In this document: piece by piece, positions 36,679 to 46,281 of the stretch | How the letters are laid out: the number at the start of each line of letters is the position of its first letter | Numbering within the stretch: the stretch's first letter is position 1 | Origin: a virus | Virus record (IMG/VR): IMGVR_UViG_3300018417_000005 | Coordinates: 25,368-89,367 of that record | DNA: 64,000 bases | Strand: one strand, 5' to 3' | Translations under genes and position numbers: made by a program | Notes under the pieces: model-generated | Seen by the model: the letters and a program-made list of their open reading frames with translations, nothing else | Told to the model about the DNA's origin: nothing | Databases searched by the model: none

Positions 36679-37358
36679 GCGAAGAAGCTAACAAGTGTAA
36701 ATGGTGCGATAAAAGTTTTAAAAACGAAAGCACCTTGTCTGTTCATATGTGCGTTAAGAAACGTAGATACGCCGATAAAGACATGACGCATGTACGTCTG
36801 GGATACCGTGTATTTCAAATGTTTTACGAATTGAACACTGCCGCAACTAAGCCTAAAACATTTGAAGACTTTATACAGAGTTCGTATTATGAGGGCTTTG
36901 TAAAATTCGGACGTAGTTGTGTACGCAATGAATACCTTGCCCCAGAGAAATATGCTGAGTGGCTAATTAAGAATGGCAAGAAATTAAAAGACTGGTGCAA
37001 GGATGCCTTGTACGATGATTATTTGTTAGAGTATGTTAAAAAAGAAAGTGGCATCCGTGCATTAGAACGTAATATTATGTATCTCGCAACATGGGGAGAA
37101 GAAAATGAATGTGCTTGGCAAAGTTATTTTACAAATGTTTCTCCATCACGTGCCGCGTACGATATACGCTCAGCAAAAATATCCCCTTGGTTACTGTACT
37201 TAAGTAATACAGGCGACGAGTTACTAGTGAGATTTAGCGACGAACAAGTAAAGATGATAGAGCATATAATTGATTCTAACTTTTGGATGAAACTGTTCTC
37301 ACAAAATAAAGAAGAAGTTAAAGAAGTTAAAGAAACATGCCAGATAGCAGGCATCTAA
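36675..37358 (+). CDS. Hypothetical protein with N-terminal Zn finger
   Basis: CKWCDKSF..ESTL.VHMC. Confidence 0.65.
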   Translation: MSEEANKCKWCDKSFKNESTLSVHMCVKKRRYADKDMTHVRLGYRVFQMFYELNTAATKPKTFEDFIQSSYYEGFVKFGRSCVRNEYLAPEKYAEWLIKNGKKLKDWCKDALYDDYLLEYVKKESGIRALERNIMYLATWGEENECAWQSYFTNVSPSRAAYDIRSAKISPWLLYLSNTGDELLVRFSDEQVKMIEHIIDSNFWMKLFSQNKEEVKEVKETCQIAGI

Positions 37359-37366
37359 GGAGTAGT

Positions 37367-38035
37367 ATGAAAGTTAAATTAATTAGTTACAGCCAAACCC
37401 CCGCAGAAATAGAAGACGAATCCTTGTTAGATTTAATTGCGTATTGCGCAAGAGTAAGTAATCCTAGCAACCAAGATAACAAAGAAACAAACGAAAAACT
37501 TGTAAGTTATCTAGTAAAGCATAAGCACTGGTCACCGTTAGAGATGGTTAGCGCATGTTTAGAGATTGAAACAACACGTGACATTGCTAGACAAATTTTA
37601 CGTCATAGGAGTTTTAGTTTCCAGGAGTTTAGTCAACGTTACGCAGACCCAACAAAAGACTTAGATTTTGTATTGCGCGAAGCAAGGTTACAAGACGAAT
37701 CAAACAGACAAAATTCGATTGATATTGAGAATGTTAATGATGAGCGTCACACTGAGTGGAGAGTTAGACAGTTACAAGTACTCGACTTAGTCAAAAAGAA
37801 TTACAAATGGGCAATTGAAAATGATATTGCTAAAGAACAAGCAAGAGCTATATTGCCAGAAGGTAACACTGTTAGCAGAATGTATATGAATGGCACATTG
37901 CGAAGCTGGATTCACTATATTGAACTGCGTAGTGCAAACGGTACTCAAAAAGAACATATGGATATTGCTGTCGAGTGCGCAAAAGAAATTGCAAAAGTAT
38001 TTCCAATGGCGTTCGAGTATGCAACTGCCAAATAA
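37367..38035 (+). CDS. thyX: Flavin-dependent thymidylate synthase
   Basis: HWSPLE, QILRHRSFSFQEFSQRY, EQARAILP, TQKEH motifs. Confidence 0.95.
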   Translation: MKVKLISYSQTPAEIEDESLLDLIAYCARVSNPSNQDNKETNEKLVSYLVKHKHWSPLEMVSACLEIETTRDIARQILRHRSFSFQEFSQRYADPTKDLDFVLREARLQDESNRQNSIDIENVNDERHTEWRVRQLQVLDLVKKNYKWAIENDIAKEQARAILPEGNTVSRMYMNGTLRSWIHYIELRSANGTQKEHMDIAVECAKEIAKVFPMAFEYATAK

Positions 38036-38243
38036 GATAAAGCAGGCTGAAAATAAGCTAGCAGGAAAGTGCCAATTTTGTGGCACTGATGATAGGCACA
38101 CCGACGGCTGTCCCAATCAAGACCTAGAGCAAGAACTTCGGATACTAATGGCAGAAGCAATAAAAGAAGAGATTGACACAGCAATATTAGATAGTATACT
38201 AGAAGCAACAAAAGAAATTGCAGATAAGTTGTATAAGAAATGA
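38019..38243 (+). CDS. Small Zn-binding hypothetical protein
   Basis: KQAENKLAGKCQFCG...H..GC; paralog of 39187..39375. Confidence 0.5.
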   Translation: MQLPNKIKQAENKLAGKCQFCGTDDRHTDGCPNQDLEQELRILMAEAIKEEIDTAILDSILEATKEIADKLYKK

Positions 38244-38875
38244 AACCTAAAAGAATAATACTAGTAAGACACGGTGAATCCACTGGCAATGCTGACCCTA
38301 TGGAATATCTGCATACACCCGATTATAAATTACCCCTAACAGAACACGGGGTTGACCAAGCAGTAAACGCCGGTGTCGGCATTAAACACTTGATTAAAAA
38401 CGAGACCTTACATGTTTACAAATCGCCTTGGTACAGAGCTAGACAAACGTGGGACGGGTTAGCTGTTAATCTAGCTGATAACGCAATAAAAGTTGTCGAA
38501 GATCCGAGAATACGCGAGCAGGACTGGGGGCATTTAAGGCACCCCGATGATGCTAAAGCAATGCGTGACATACGAAACGAATACGGTCCATTCTTTTACA
38601 GGATGGAAGACGGCGAATCCCCTGCAGATGTTTTTGATAGGGTAAGCACATTTTTTGAAACTATGCACAGGGATTTCGGTAAATATGACTTTGCAGATAA
38701 CTGCTTAATTGTTACTCATGGTATGACCTTGCGTGTCTTTTTAATGCGTTGGCTACATTGGACAGTAGAAGAATTTGAAAATGTTCGCAATCCTAAAAAC
38801 TGCGACATTGTAGTTTTAGAAAAGCAAACAACTGGTAGGTATAAACTAGTTACTGACCTTGTATATAGAACATGA
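38240..38875 (+). CDS. Histidine phosphatase (phosphoglycerate mutase family)
   Basis: LVRHGES, SPWYRARQT, GES, LIVTHG motifs. Confidence 0.9.
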   Translation: MKPKRIILVRHGESTGNADPMEYLHTPDYKLPLTEHGVDQAVNAGVGIKHLIKNETLHVYKSPWYRARQTWDGLAVNLADNAIKVVEDPRIREQDWGHLRHPDDAKAMRDIRNEYGPFFYRMEDGESPADVFDRVSTFFETMHRDFGKYDFADNCLIVTHGMTLRVFLMRWLHWTVEEFENVRNPKNCDIVVLEKQTTGRYKLVTDLVYRT

Positions 38876-38933
38876 GGAATTATAATGCCTAGCGAAACTT
38901 TTATAAAAATACTTGGTGGTTCAAGAGGTACCA

Positions 38934-39215
38934 GTGTCTAAAGAACTTTTAGTAGTAACAATGGAAGAATGCGCAGAGCTTACACAAGTATGTTCTAAAC
39001 TATATCGCTTTGGTAGTAAAGAATATGGTGACTTTAGCGAGAAGATGTCCGCACAAATTAAAGAAGAAGCCGGTGATGTATATTGTATGCTTCAGCTATT
39101 AGTTGAACACGGATATGTTACACAAGAAGAGATGGAAGATCGCGCAGAAGTAAAGCGAGAGAAGTTAAAAAAGTGGAGCAAGATCGATGTCGAAAGACCC
39201 CTTAACGAAAGCTGA
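38934..39215 (+). CDS. MazG-like NTP pyrophosphohydrolase
   Basis: MEECAEL...K..RFG...EEAGDV acidic helices; GTG start with GAGG SD. Confidence 0.7.
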   Translation: MSKELLVVTMEECAELTQVCSKLYRFGSKEYGDFSEKMSAQIKEEAGDVYCMLQLLVEHGYVTQEEMEDRAEVKREKLKKWSKIDVERPLNES

Positions 39216-39375
39216 ACGTAAACTTTCTGGAAAGTGCCCTGACTGCGGCGCCGATGAATCCCCCGGGCCTTGGCACGATGAGGATTGTGACAATTATGGT
39301 GATTATATAACTGATACGTTTATGGTTACTGCTGAAGCGTATAAAGATATAATAGAAAACTACCATGAAGATTAA
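39187..39375 (+). CDS. Small Zn-binding hypothetical protein
   Basis: TKAERKLSGKCPDCG...H..DC. Confidence 0.5.
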   Translation: MSKDPLTKAERKLSGKCPDCGADESPGPWHDEDCDNYGDYITDTFMVTAEAYKDIIENYHED

Positions 39376-39934
39376 TTTTGACGTTGATATAGACATGGCA
39401 GACAGAGACAAGTTTTTAGAACTTGTTAATGCCACACCTGCGAGCATCAAAAAAGACGGCGAGTACACAAAGCACAACACAGGTGTCTACTTTCAAAACA
39501 TTCCTAAATTTCCCGTAGAAGGTTATAGCACAATCGATCATAAGCAAGCAGAACAAGACGGGTGGTTAAAGATAGACTTCCTTAATAACAGCATTTATGA
39601 GGGCGTAAAAGATGAAGCGCATTTAGACAAGCTGTTAAACACTGAGCCGATGTGGGAATTACTAGATCATAAAGAAATAGTTGAGCAACTATTCCATATA
39701 AGCAACTATTATTATCTTGTAGAGCAATACAAACCTACAAGCATATCACAATTGGCTATGTTACTGGCTATCATACGTCCGGCTAAGAAACATTTAGTTG
39801 GAAAATCATGGGCAGATATAGAAAAGGAAGTGTGGATACCGCCCACAGATGGAAGTTACTACTTTAAAAAGTCGCACAGTTACGCCTACGCGGCAGTTAT
39901 AGTTGTACAGTTGAATTTATTAAGTGAAATCTAG
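39365..39934 (+). CDS. Miniature DnaE (Pol III alpha)-like palm/finger fragment
   Basis: FDVDID, KHNTGVY, GWLKIDFL, AIIRP, YFKKSHSYAYA correspond in order to DnaE motifs. Confidence 0.75.
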   Translation: MKINFDVDIDMADRDKFLELVNATPASIKKDGEYTKHNTGVYFQNIPKFPVEGYSTIDHKQAEQDGWLKIDFLNNSIYEGVKDEAHLDKLLNTEPMWELLDHKEIVEQLFHISNYYYLVEQYKPTSISQLAMLLAIIRPAKKHLVGKSWADIEKEVWIPPTDGSYYFKKSHSYAYAAVIVVQLNLLSEI

Positions 39935-40311
39935 TCTGTCTTTTTGACTAGCTGAATACCACGTCTTTTAATTCGCTTTTTAAGCATATCTTGTAACGTA
40001 GTCATAGGACCAAATAAATGGTCTACATCTTTCATTGCGATTGTGGTCAGGAAAGGTCTAAAAGGTTGTAATTCGTAGTGCAAGAATACGTCTATAGGCA
40101 TTTGTCTGTTACTTTCCCACCACCAAGTTTCACTTAATTTGATAAACTCTGCGCGTATTTCTGCGCTGGGCATCTTATCCAAGTCATACATTGTGAGTAT
40201 GGTGCTATCGTAGTTAACTACAACGCCATAGTAGTATTTTGTTGAGCCGTGTTTCGTGCCGTATTCTAATCCTGTTATAAATGGAAATTCTTCTTGGTTA
40301 ATTTCTTGCAT
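39931..40311 (-). CDS. Hypothetical phage protein
   Basis: WWWESNRQMPI motif; start placed at ATG 40311, 5 nt after CTAAATA. Confidence 0.6.
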   Translation of the reverse strand: MQEINQEEFPFITGLEYGTKHGSTKYYYGVVVNYDSTILTMYDLDKMPSAEIRAEFIKLSETWWWESNRQMPIDVFLHYELQPFRPFLTTIAMKDVDHLFGPMTTLQDMLKKRIKRRGIQLVKKTD

Positions 40312-40332
40312 ACAGATATTTAGCATTTTGAA

Positions 40333-40374
40333 TGATAAATAGTACTGTAGAAAGGCTCCGATTTAGTATAAATA
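40333..40374 (+). promoter_or_regulatory. Tandem late promoters TGATAAATA (40333) and TATAAATA (40367)
   Basis: The second is the canonical T4 late consensus, 5 nt before ATG 40380. Confidence 0.65.
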
Positions 40375-40379
40375 CTATT

Positions 40380-41177
40380 ATGGATTACGGAGATCACAGA
40401 TTATTTTTATATGACGACATAATAGAACTTGTTGTCACAACCACCAGCTTATATGTTGATAACAGACCTATGAATCATAGAAAATTACAAGCCCATAAGG
40501 GACTAACTAACACACTAATGTTTAACATTAGGAATAGAGATAGAAAACTACAAAACGTTTTTAGTGATGAGCTGGTTGCGTATATTGTAAACCCAAGTAC
40601 ACGGGCTAGAGTATTAACAAAACAGCTAGTACATACAAGTGATGTAGGGATTTCTTCATTGTCCTTGACAAACGGAGACCTACAAAACGTAAATCCAGGA
40701 CTATATAGAATTTATATAACCAGAACTACGCAAGAACAGGTGGATATGCCTGTTTACTCTAATCAAAATAACGATATAAGTTTTGACTTGGAAATAAGCG
40801 ATGAGGCTGTATTTGATCCAGTGGCGACACAGATCGAATTAGGCGAAGATTTTACTCAAGTAAACAATTCACCTAATGTATGGACATCTAGCGCACTATT
40901 TGGCAACTTAGATCGCAATTTTCAAAACGCACAGCACAGTATGGCAATTTATACAACTGAGTATACTGGAAACGTAGTTATACAAATTAGTTGTTTTGAA
41001 AATGTGCCAGAAAGTGACAATGCAAGCACCGACTGGGTCACAGTCGAAACCATTCCAATGGCTAATGTTAGTACAATCACCGCTAGGACATTTTCTGTAA
41101 ACGCAAACTGGGTAAGATTACTTAGTTATCCGGACGATGAAACTGGTACAATAGATCAAATACTTCTACGTAACTAA
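40380..41177 (+). CDS. Probable virion structural protein
   Basis: Late promoter; beta-rich; KG..NTL.F.I.NRDRK motif. Confidence 0.55.
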   Translation: MDYGDHRLFLYDDIIELVVTTTSLYVDNRPMNHRKLQAHKGLTNTLMFNIRNRDRKLQNVFSDELVAYIVNPSTRARVLTKQLVHTSDVGISSLSLTNGDLQNVNPGLYRIYITRTTQEQVDMPVYSNQNNDISFDLEISDEAVFDPVATQIELGEDFTQVNNSPNVWTSSALFGNLDRNFQNAQHSMAIYTTEYTGNVVIQISCFENVPESDNASTDWVTVETIPMANVSTITARTFSVNANWVRLLSYPDDETGTIDQILLRN

Positions 41178-41205
41178 TTGACATATATCTGTTTTGTTGT
41201 ATAAT
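41178..41205 (+). promoter_or_regulatory. Sigma70-type promoter
   Basis: TTGACA-16 nt-TATAAT, 6 nt before ATG 41212. Confidence 0.8.
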
Positions 41206-41211
41206 AACAAC

Positions 41212-42204
41212 ATGACTGTAGACTCAGCTATACAAAAAGTACACGCATTACTTTTAGATAATTTGCCCGCCGGAACCACAAGAAGCCCGAAAGGTTGGAC
41301 GATTTTTAACTGTGTGATGTGCAACGACAAGCGCAAACGCGCAGGAATCAAAACTACAGCCGGGAAAATAAGCTATAACTGCTTTAACGACCCAAACTGC
41401 AAAACAGGTTGGGAACCTTCTGCCCATTTAGGCAAGAAATACAAAGCATTAGCTTCTAGACTGGGCGCAACAGACAAAGAAATCCATGACGTACAATTAG
41501 AACTGCTAAAATACAGCAATGAATTAGCTAACGAAGACGAATTTGAATACAACGGCACGTTTAGTAAGTTTGAATTAAAAGAATTTCCTGAAGATACCGT
41601 AGTCAAAGTAGTTGCAGACTTGCCCGATGACCATCCGGTTAAGCAATACGCAAAAGATAGAGGTCTGCTAGGGCATTATAACTACTTGTATTTTGATGGC
41701 CCAGTTAAATACAGAAAAAGATTGATAATTCCCTTCACTTATAACAATGAACTAGTTGGATGGACAGGAAGGCACATTTCTCCGCCTAATAAACAAACAC
41801 CTAAGTACTTACATGAATTTCCAACAGGCTATGTTTTTAATTTAGACAGATTTTCGAACAGCGAACGAGAAATAATGATTGTAACAGAAGGTGTGTTTGA
41901 TGCCATTTTGGTAGACGGTGTTAGCGTACTAAGCAATCAAGTAAGCCCGGAGCAATTGGCACTTATAGAGAAGTTAAACAAAAAAGTAATACTATGTCCA
42001 GACAGAGATGCCCCAGGTAAAGAATTAATAGAGCAAGCAATTGACTTAGGCTGGAGCGTAAGTTTTCCGCCTTGGCACAAAGACTGCAAGGACGCGGCAG
42101 ATGCTGTTTCACAATACGGCAGGTTGCTGACGGTAGCAAGCATAATTAAACATGCTACAGACAATAAGACAAAAATAAAAGTAAAAACAAAATTAAATAT
42201 ATAA
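41212..42204 (+). CDS. gp61: DNA primase (T4 gp61-like)
   Basis: Zn ribbon CVMC...YNCFN..C; RLIIPF, GWTGR, PKY, TEGVFDA, PDRDAPG, KDAAD TOPRIM motifs. Confidence 0.9.
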   Translation: MTVDSAIQKVHALLLDNLPAGTTRSPKGWTIFNCVMCNDKRKRAGIKTTAGKISYNCFNDPNCKTGWEPSAHLGKKYKALASRLGATDKEIHDVQLELLKYSNELANEDEFEYNGTFSKFELKEFPEDTVVKVVADLPDDHPVKQYAKDRGLLGHYNYLYFDGPVKYRKRLIIPFTYNNELVGWTGRHISPPNKQTPKYLHEFPTGYVFNLDRFSNSEREIMIVTEGVFDAILVDGVSVLSNQVSPEQLALIEKLNKKVILCPDRDAPGKELIEQAIDLGWSVSFPPWHKDCKDAADAVSQYGRLLTVASIIKHATDNKTKIKVKTKLNI

Positions 42205-42214
42205 GAGAGACTAC

Positions 42215-43597
42215 ATGACAGATATAACCCAGTACACAGACGAGATACAAGAACTATTTTTACGATTCCTAGTAAGCGATGCAGACTTATTTGCAAGATG
42301 CCAAAATATTGTTAACCCTGTGTTCTTTAGTAGAAAATTTCAGCCGGCAGTAGAGTTGTTAGTTAGCCACAGTACAGCACACAGCGCAATTCCTACATTA
42401 GAACAGATTAGAGCAGTAGGCGGCATTGACATAGAACCGATAGAACATATCACGCCGGATCATCACAACTGGTTTATGAATGAGTTTGAAACTTTTTGTA
42501 GACATAAGGGATTAGAAAAAGCTATTATCGAGAGTACTGATTTACTAGAGAAGCAACAGTACGGCGAAGTAGAGATAAAAATCAAAGAAGCAAGTCAAAT
42601 AGGACTTGTAAAGGACCTAGGCTTAGACTATTTTGCGAATCCTAAAGAACGCCTGGACTGGATTAAAGCACAGTCGGGCGCAATTAGCACAGGATGGAAA
42701 GGACTTGACCATAAACTATATGGTGGACTGAACAGAGGCGAGATTACAATCTTTGCAGGCGGGTCAGGCGCAGGTAAGAGCTTGTTCCTGCAAAACTTCG
42801 CAGTGAACTGGGCATTCGCGGGCCTAAATGTTGTTTACATTAGCTGTGAGCTTAGTGAACAATTGATTAGTTTGCGTTTAGACTCCATGGTAAGTGGCTT
42901 TAGTACCAAAGAAGTTATGCGAAACATCGATGACGTTGACTTAAAAGTGAGAATGAAAGCAAAAGGCTCAGGTAAATTACGTGTCAAGTATATGCCCAAT
43001 GGTGTTACATGTAATGACATACGCGCATTCTTACGAGAATACGAAATATCTGTAGGCGAGAAAGTAGATTGCTTACTAGTTGACTACTTAGACTTGTTAA
43101 TGCCAATCAGTAACAAAGTTTCTCCAAGTGATTTGTTCATTAAGGACAAATATGTTTCAGAGGAACTACGTAACTTAGCAATGGAACGAGACTTGCTAAT
43201 GGTTACAGCATCACAGTTAAACAGAGGCGCAGTTGAAGAAATAGAATTTGACCATCATCACATTGCAGGCGGCATCTCAAAAATACAAACAGCAGACAAC
43301 GTGGTGGGTATTTTTACGTCAAATGCTATGCGAGAACGCGGAAGATATCAGATTCAGTTTATGAAAACACGTTCTAGCGCAGGTGTAGGTACAAAAGTAG
43401 ACTTAAAATTCGATCCTGACACGTTAAGAATTACTGATTTAGAGGAAGGAGACGAAGATGCTATGACTGTTACAGCAGATTCTCTTGTAAATCAGCTAAA
43501 ACGTAACAACAGTATTCAAACTACAGAAGATTCTAACTCGGATACTGTAGGCAAAGCTCTAAACATGCGAGACTTCCTGAAGAAAAATGACTTGTAA
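42215..43597 (+). CDS. gp41: Replicative DnaB-like helicase (T4 gp41-like)
   Basis: GGSGAGKS, ISCEL, LVDYLDL, TASQLNR, MKTR motifs. Confidence 0.9.
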   Translation: MTDITQYTDEIQELFLRFLVSDADLFARCQNIVNPVFFSRKFQPAVELLVSHSTAHSAIPTLEQIRAVGGIDIEPIEHITPDHHNWFMNEFETFCRHKGLEKAIIESTDLLEKQQYGEVEIKIKEASQIGLVKDLGLDYFANPKERLDWIKAQSGAISTGWKGLDHKLYGGLNRGEITIFAGGSGAGKSLFLQNFAVNWAFAGLNVVYISCELSEQLISLRLDSMVSGFSTKEVMRNIDDVDLKVRMKAKGSGKLRVKYMPNGVTCNDIRAFLREYEISVGEKVDCLLVDYLDLLMPISNKVSPSDLFIKDKYVSEELRNLAMERDLLMVTASQLNRGAVEEIEFDHHHIAGGISKIQTADNVVGIFTSNAMRERGRYQIQFMKTRSSAGVGTKVDLKFDPDTLRITDLEEGDEDAMTVTADSLVNQLKRNNSIQTTEDSNSDTVGKALNMRDFLKKNDL

Positions 43598-43598
43598 A

Positions 43599-43607
43599 CG
43601 ATAAATA
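43599..43607 (+). promoter_or_regulatory. Late promoter CGATAAATA
   Basis: At the start of the late island. Confidence 0.6.
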
Positions 43608-43633
43608 GTGTTAATGTCCAAACAGGAGTTGTT

Positions 43634-43897
43634 GTGCGTAAAAGTATAATCGAAGAACTTAATCTTATATCCGAAGATAGAGATCGAAACCACGTAGTCG
43701 AGAACCGCGCCGAGCACCTTATACAAAGTGCTATTCATCTTATTGAAAAAATAGAGATGTATTATGAACCAGATGTAGCTAAGGATCTTACTAATCGTAT
43801 CGTTAACAGCATAAAAGCAAAAGATTCATCTAAATTCTCCCGAGGCATTCAAAAAGTTATAAAAGAAAGTCGGAGACAAGACGATGCGAATCTGTGA
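43634..43897 (+). CDS. Hypothetical protein
   Basis: 87 aa; GTG start with AGGAG SD. Confidence 0.6.
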   Translation: MRKSIIEELNLISEDRDRNHVVENRAEHLIQSAIHLIEKIEMYYEPDVAKDLTNRIVNSIKAKDSSKFSRGIQKVIKESRRQDDANL

Positions 43898-44414
43898 AGT
43901 AGTAGATGCCGCCAAGGCACCTGTACCAACGCACAATAAACCCCATAAAGATTATAAAAACTTTATATACGATGGCAACTCTAAACGCTGGGTTGATAAA
44001 AACACCCAACGCCCTGCACAAGGGCTGATGCACGATAATTTAATGAAGGCGTATAAACCTGCCTCAACTTCTAGATTAGGAAAAGCTAAAAACTGGCTAT
44101 CCGGCGAAACACCGGGAGCGGCACAAGCAACCAGATTAAATCCAGATGCAGGCATCGTACATAAAACAACCGCGGCAATGGCAGCGAAATTAGGGAGCGG
44201 CATAGATAAACTTGGACAGCGACGAGCGGCGAAGAAAGCACAGCAAGCACAGCAAGCACAGCAAGCACAGCAAGCACAACAAGCACAGCCTGTACAACAG
44301 ATGCCGCAAGGAAACGCCTACAATGATACTAATTATGACAAATCTCCAGCTAGTCGAGGATACAAAAGTAAACGCAAAAAGCCCTTGAAGCTAGTGCCAA
44401 AGGATAAGTACTAG
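43884..44414 (+). CDS. Basic hypothetical protein with AQQ repeat
   Basis: MRICE leader; low-complexity tail. Confidence 0.55.
   Translation: MRICEVVDAAKAPVPTHNKPHKDYKNFIYDGNSKRWVDKNTQRPAQGLMHDNLMKAYKPASTSRLGKAKNWLSGETPGAAQATRLNPDAGIVHKTTAAMAAKLGSGIDKLGQRRAAKKAQQAQQAQQAQQAQQAQPVQQMPQGNAYNDTNYDKSPASRGYKSKRKKPLKLVPKDKY
44238..44288 (+). repeat. In-frame 9-bp tandem repeat (GCACAGCAA) about 5.7 copies
   Basis: Encodes AQQ repeats; seen directly. Confidence 0.9.
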
Positions 44415-45148
44415 TGAAATTATTTGAACTTTTCCAACAGCCAGTAACACTAAAAGAAGGCGGCAATGTTTTTAAAGATGCTGACGGCACACCATTGTCT
44501 CAGAGAATTAACAAAGCAGACGTCGATCCTACACTTGCATGGTTGGAAAAGATTACAGGCATGAACCACAGGGATTTTAAACTGGGCACAACCGGAATAA
44601 AATCATCCTCCGGCGACTTAGATATTGCAGTTGATCCGGACGAAGTTGATAAAAACGATTTATACAATGTGCTACTTAACTGGGTAAAACAAAATCACCC
44701 AGACGATGATCCCAGACGCTGGGTAGCAAAGAGCGGAGTGTCCGTTCACTTTAACACCCCTATTAATGGCAACCCTGCCAATGGATTTGTGCAAACAGAT
44801 TTAATGTTTGGCAAACCTGAGTGGATGAAATTTTCCATGCAAGGCTCGCCTAACGAAGAATCTCCATTTAAAGGTATGCATCGACACATTATGATGGCTA
44901 GTATTGCTAAAGCTAAAGGCATGTCTTGGAGTTTTCAAAAGGGATTAGTTAATCGAGAAACTAAAGAGATTATCACTAAAGACCCGAAAGAGATTGCTGA
45001 ACTATTATTAGGTCCAGGCGGCGATCCTGCAGACTTCCAAACTGTAGAAACTATTAACGCGGCTATAAAGCAAATGCCTAACTATGAACAGCTAGTAGCA
45101 GATGCCAAAGAAAACTTTGCCCGCGCAGGATTGGAATTACCGCAATGA
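44414..45148 (+). CDS. Pol-beta-superfamily nucleotidyltransferase-like protein
   Basis: LGTTGIKSSSGDLDIAV (hG[ST]...DxD) and third Asp in FVQTDLM. Confidence 0.65.
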   Translation: MKLFELFQQPVTLKEGGNVFKDADGTPLSQRINKADVDPTLAWLEKITGMNHRDFKLGTTGIKSSSGDLDIAVDPDEVDKNDLYNVLLNWVKQNHPDDDPRRWVAKSGVSVHFNTPINGNPANGFVQTDLMFGKPEWMKFSMQGSPNEESPFKGMHRHIMMASIAKAKGMSWSFQKGLVNRETKEIITKDPKEIAELLLGPGGDPADFQTVETINAAIKQMPNYEQLVADAKENFARAGLELPQ

Positions 45149-46281
45149 GATTTAGAGATTTAGTAGAGTCTATACAGGTCAACGAAGATGCACGTATTCA
45201 ACACGCAGAAGACTTAATCTTCTGGGAAGGGTCCTCAGGCGCAATGCGAGCAGTACAAGCATTAGAAAGTTTAACTAATAAGAATTATAAAAATGTTACA
45301 CTGAAGTGGGACGGTTCTCCAGCAGTAATATTCGGTAGAGACGAGAACGGCGAGTTTATACTTACAGATAAAAGCGGGTTCACAGCTAAAGGATACGACG
45401 GACGTTCTAAGAGCGGTGACGAACTTGCACAGATGCTTTTAAATAGGGGCGGAGGAAAGGATAGAGAGGATCCTCGTCGCATAGCGTTTGTAACAAGGAT
45501 GCGCAATGTATTTGACGTGTTCGAAAAAGCAACTCCGCCGGACTATAGGGGTTACTTTAAAGGCGACATGCTGTACTTTGACACACCGCCCGTAGAGAAT
45601 CAAAACTATGTATTCAAACCTAACATTGTAGAGTATGCAGTCGATATGAACTCCGACTTGGGCCAGCGCATTGGCGCAAGCACAGCCGGTGTAGTTATAC
45701 ACAGGCAAGTGGATCCAGATGGAACAGAACAGCCGTTGCAAGACCCTGGCATATTTTTAGGCAATGACCTTCTAGTTGTCCCGCCTATTACTACAGAGAA
45801 ACCAGCACAAGTTGACAACGCGCTGATAAAAAAATTAAAAAAGGTTATACAAAAAGATGCCGCAGGCATTGATGAATTCTTAAATGCTGATAAAATAAAA
45901 GCAATGCAACTAACAGATTTACCTGCTATTTTGTACACATATACTAACTCTAAAGTAGATACAGGTATGACTGACCTGGGAAAAGATTTTATTACTTGGT
46001 TAGAAAATACTCCACGAATAACTGACAGAAAAAAAGAAAAGCTATACGTATATATAAAAGAAAATCAACAAGCATTTAACACATTGTGGCATGCAGTTAG
46101 TGTTATTATGAAAGTTAAAGATAATATCATATCACAATTTGACCAACATGCATCGACTGTACAGCAGAACATAGGTGGCCAGTCCGGCGGCGAAGGATAT
46201 GTACTGGCTCACCCCGAGGGTGACATTAAATTAGTACCCAGGGAAGTGTTTAGCAAAGCAAACAGGGCGGTACAACGATAA
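45145..46281 (+). CDS. ATP-dependent ligase-like (KxDG) nucleotidyltransferase
   Basis: TLKWDGS (motif I), FKGDML (III), GEGYV (IV), IKLV (V). Confidence 0.55.
   Translation: MRFRDLVESIQVNEDARIQHAEDLIFWEGSSGAMRAVQALESLTNKNYKNVTLKWDGSPAVIFGRDENGEFILTDKSGFTAKGYDGRSKSGDELAQMLLNRGGGKDREDPRRIAFVTRMRNVFDVFEKATPPDYRGYFKGDMLYFDTPPVENQNYVFKPNIVEYAVDMNSDLGQRIGASTAGVVIHRQVDPDGTEQPLQDPGIFLGNDLLVVPPITTEKPAQVDNALIKKLKKVIQKDAAGIDEFLNADKIKAMQLTDLPAILYTYTNSKVDTGMTDLGKDFITWLENTPRITDRKKEKLYVYIKENQQAFNTLWHAVSVIMKVKDNIISQFDQHASTVQQNIGGQSGGEGYVLAHPEGDIKLVPREVFSKANRAVQR

Noticed and set aside
26574-43597. Inteins or group I introns in terminase, UvsW or helicase
   Set aside because: Lengths are normal, motifs are contiguous, and no C...HN intein ends or frame breaks are present
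44238-44288. AQQ 9-bp repeat (and the 24-bp repeat at 48968) as phase-variation switches
   Set aside because: Unit lengths are multiples of three in low-complexity linkers, so slippage would not change frame
44414-45148. CBASS CD-NTase operon
   Set aside because: The protein is short, no Cap effector or Cap2/3 genes are nearby, and the leader/late context points elsewhere
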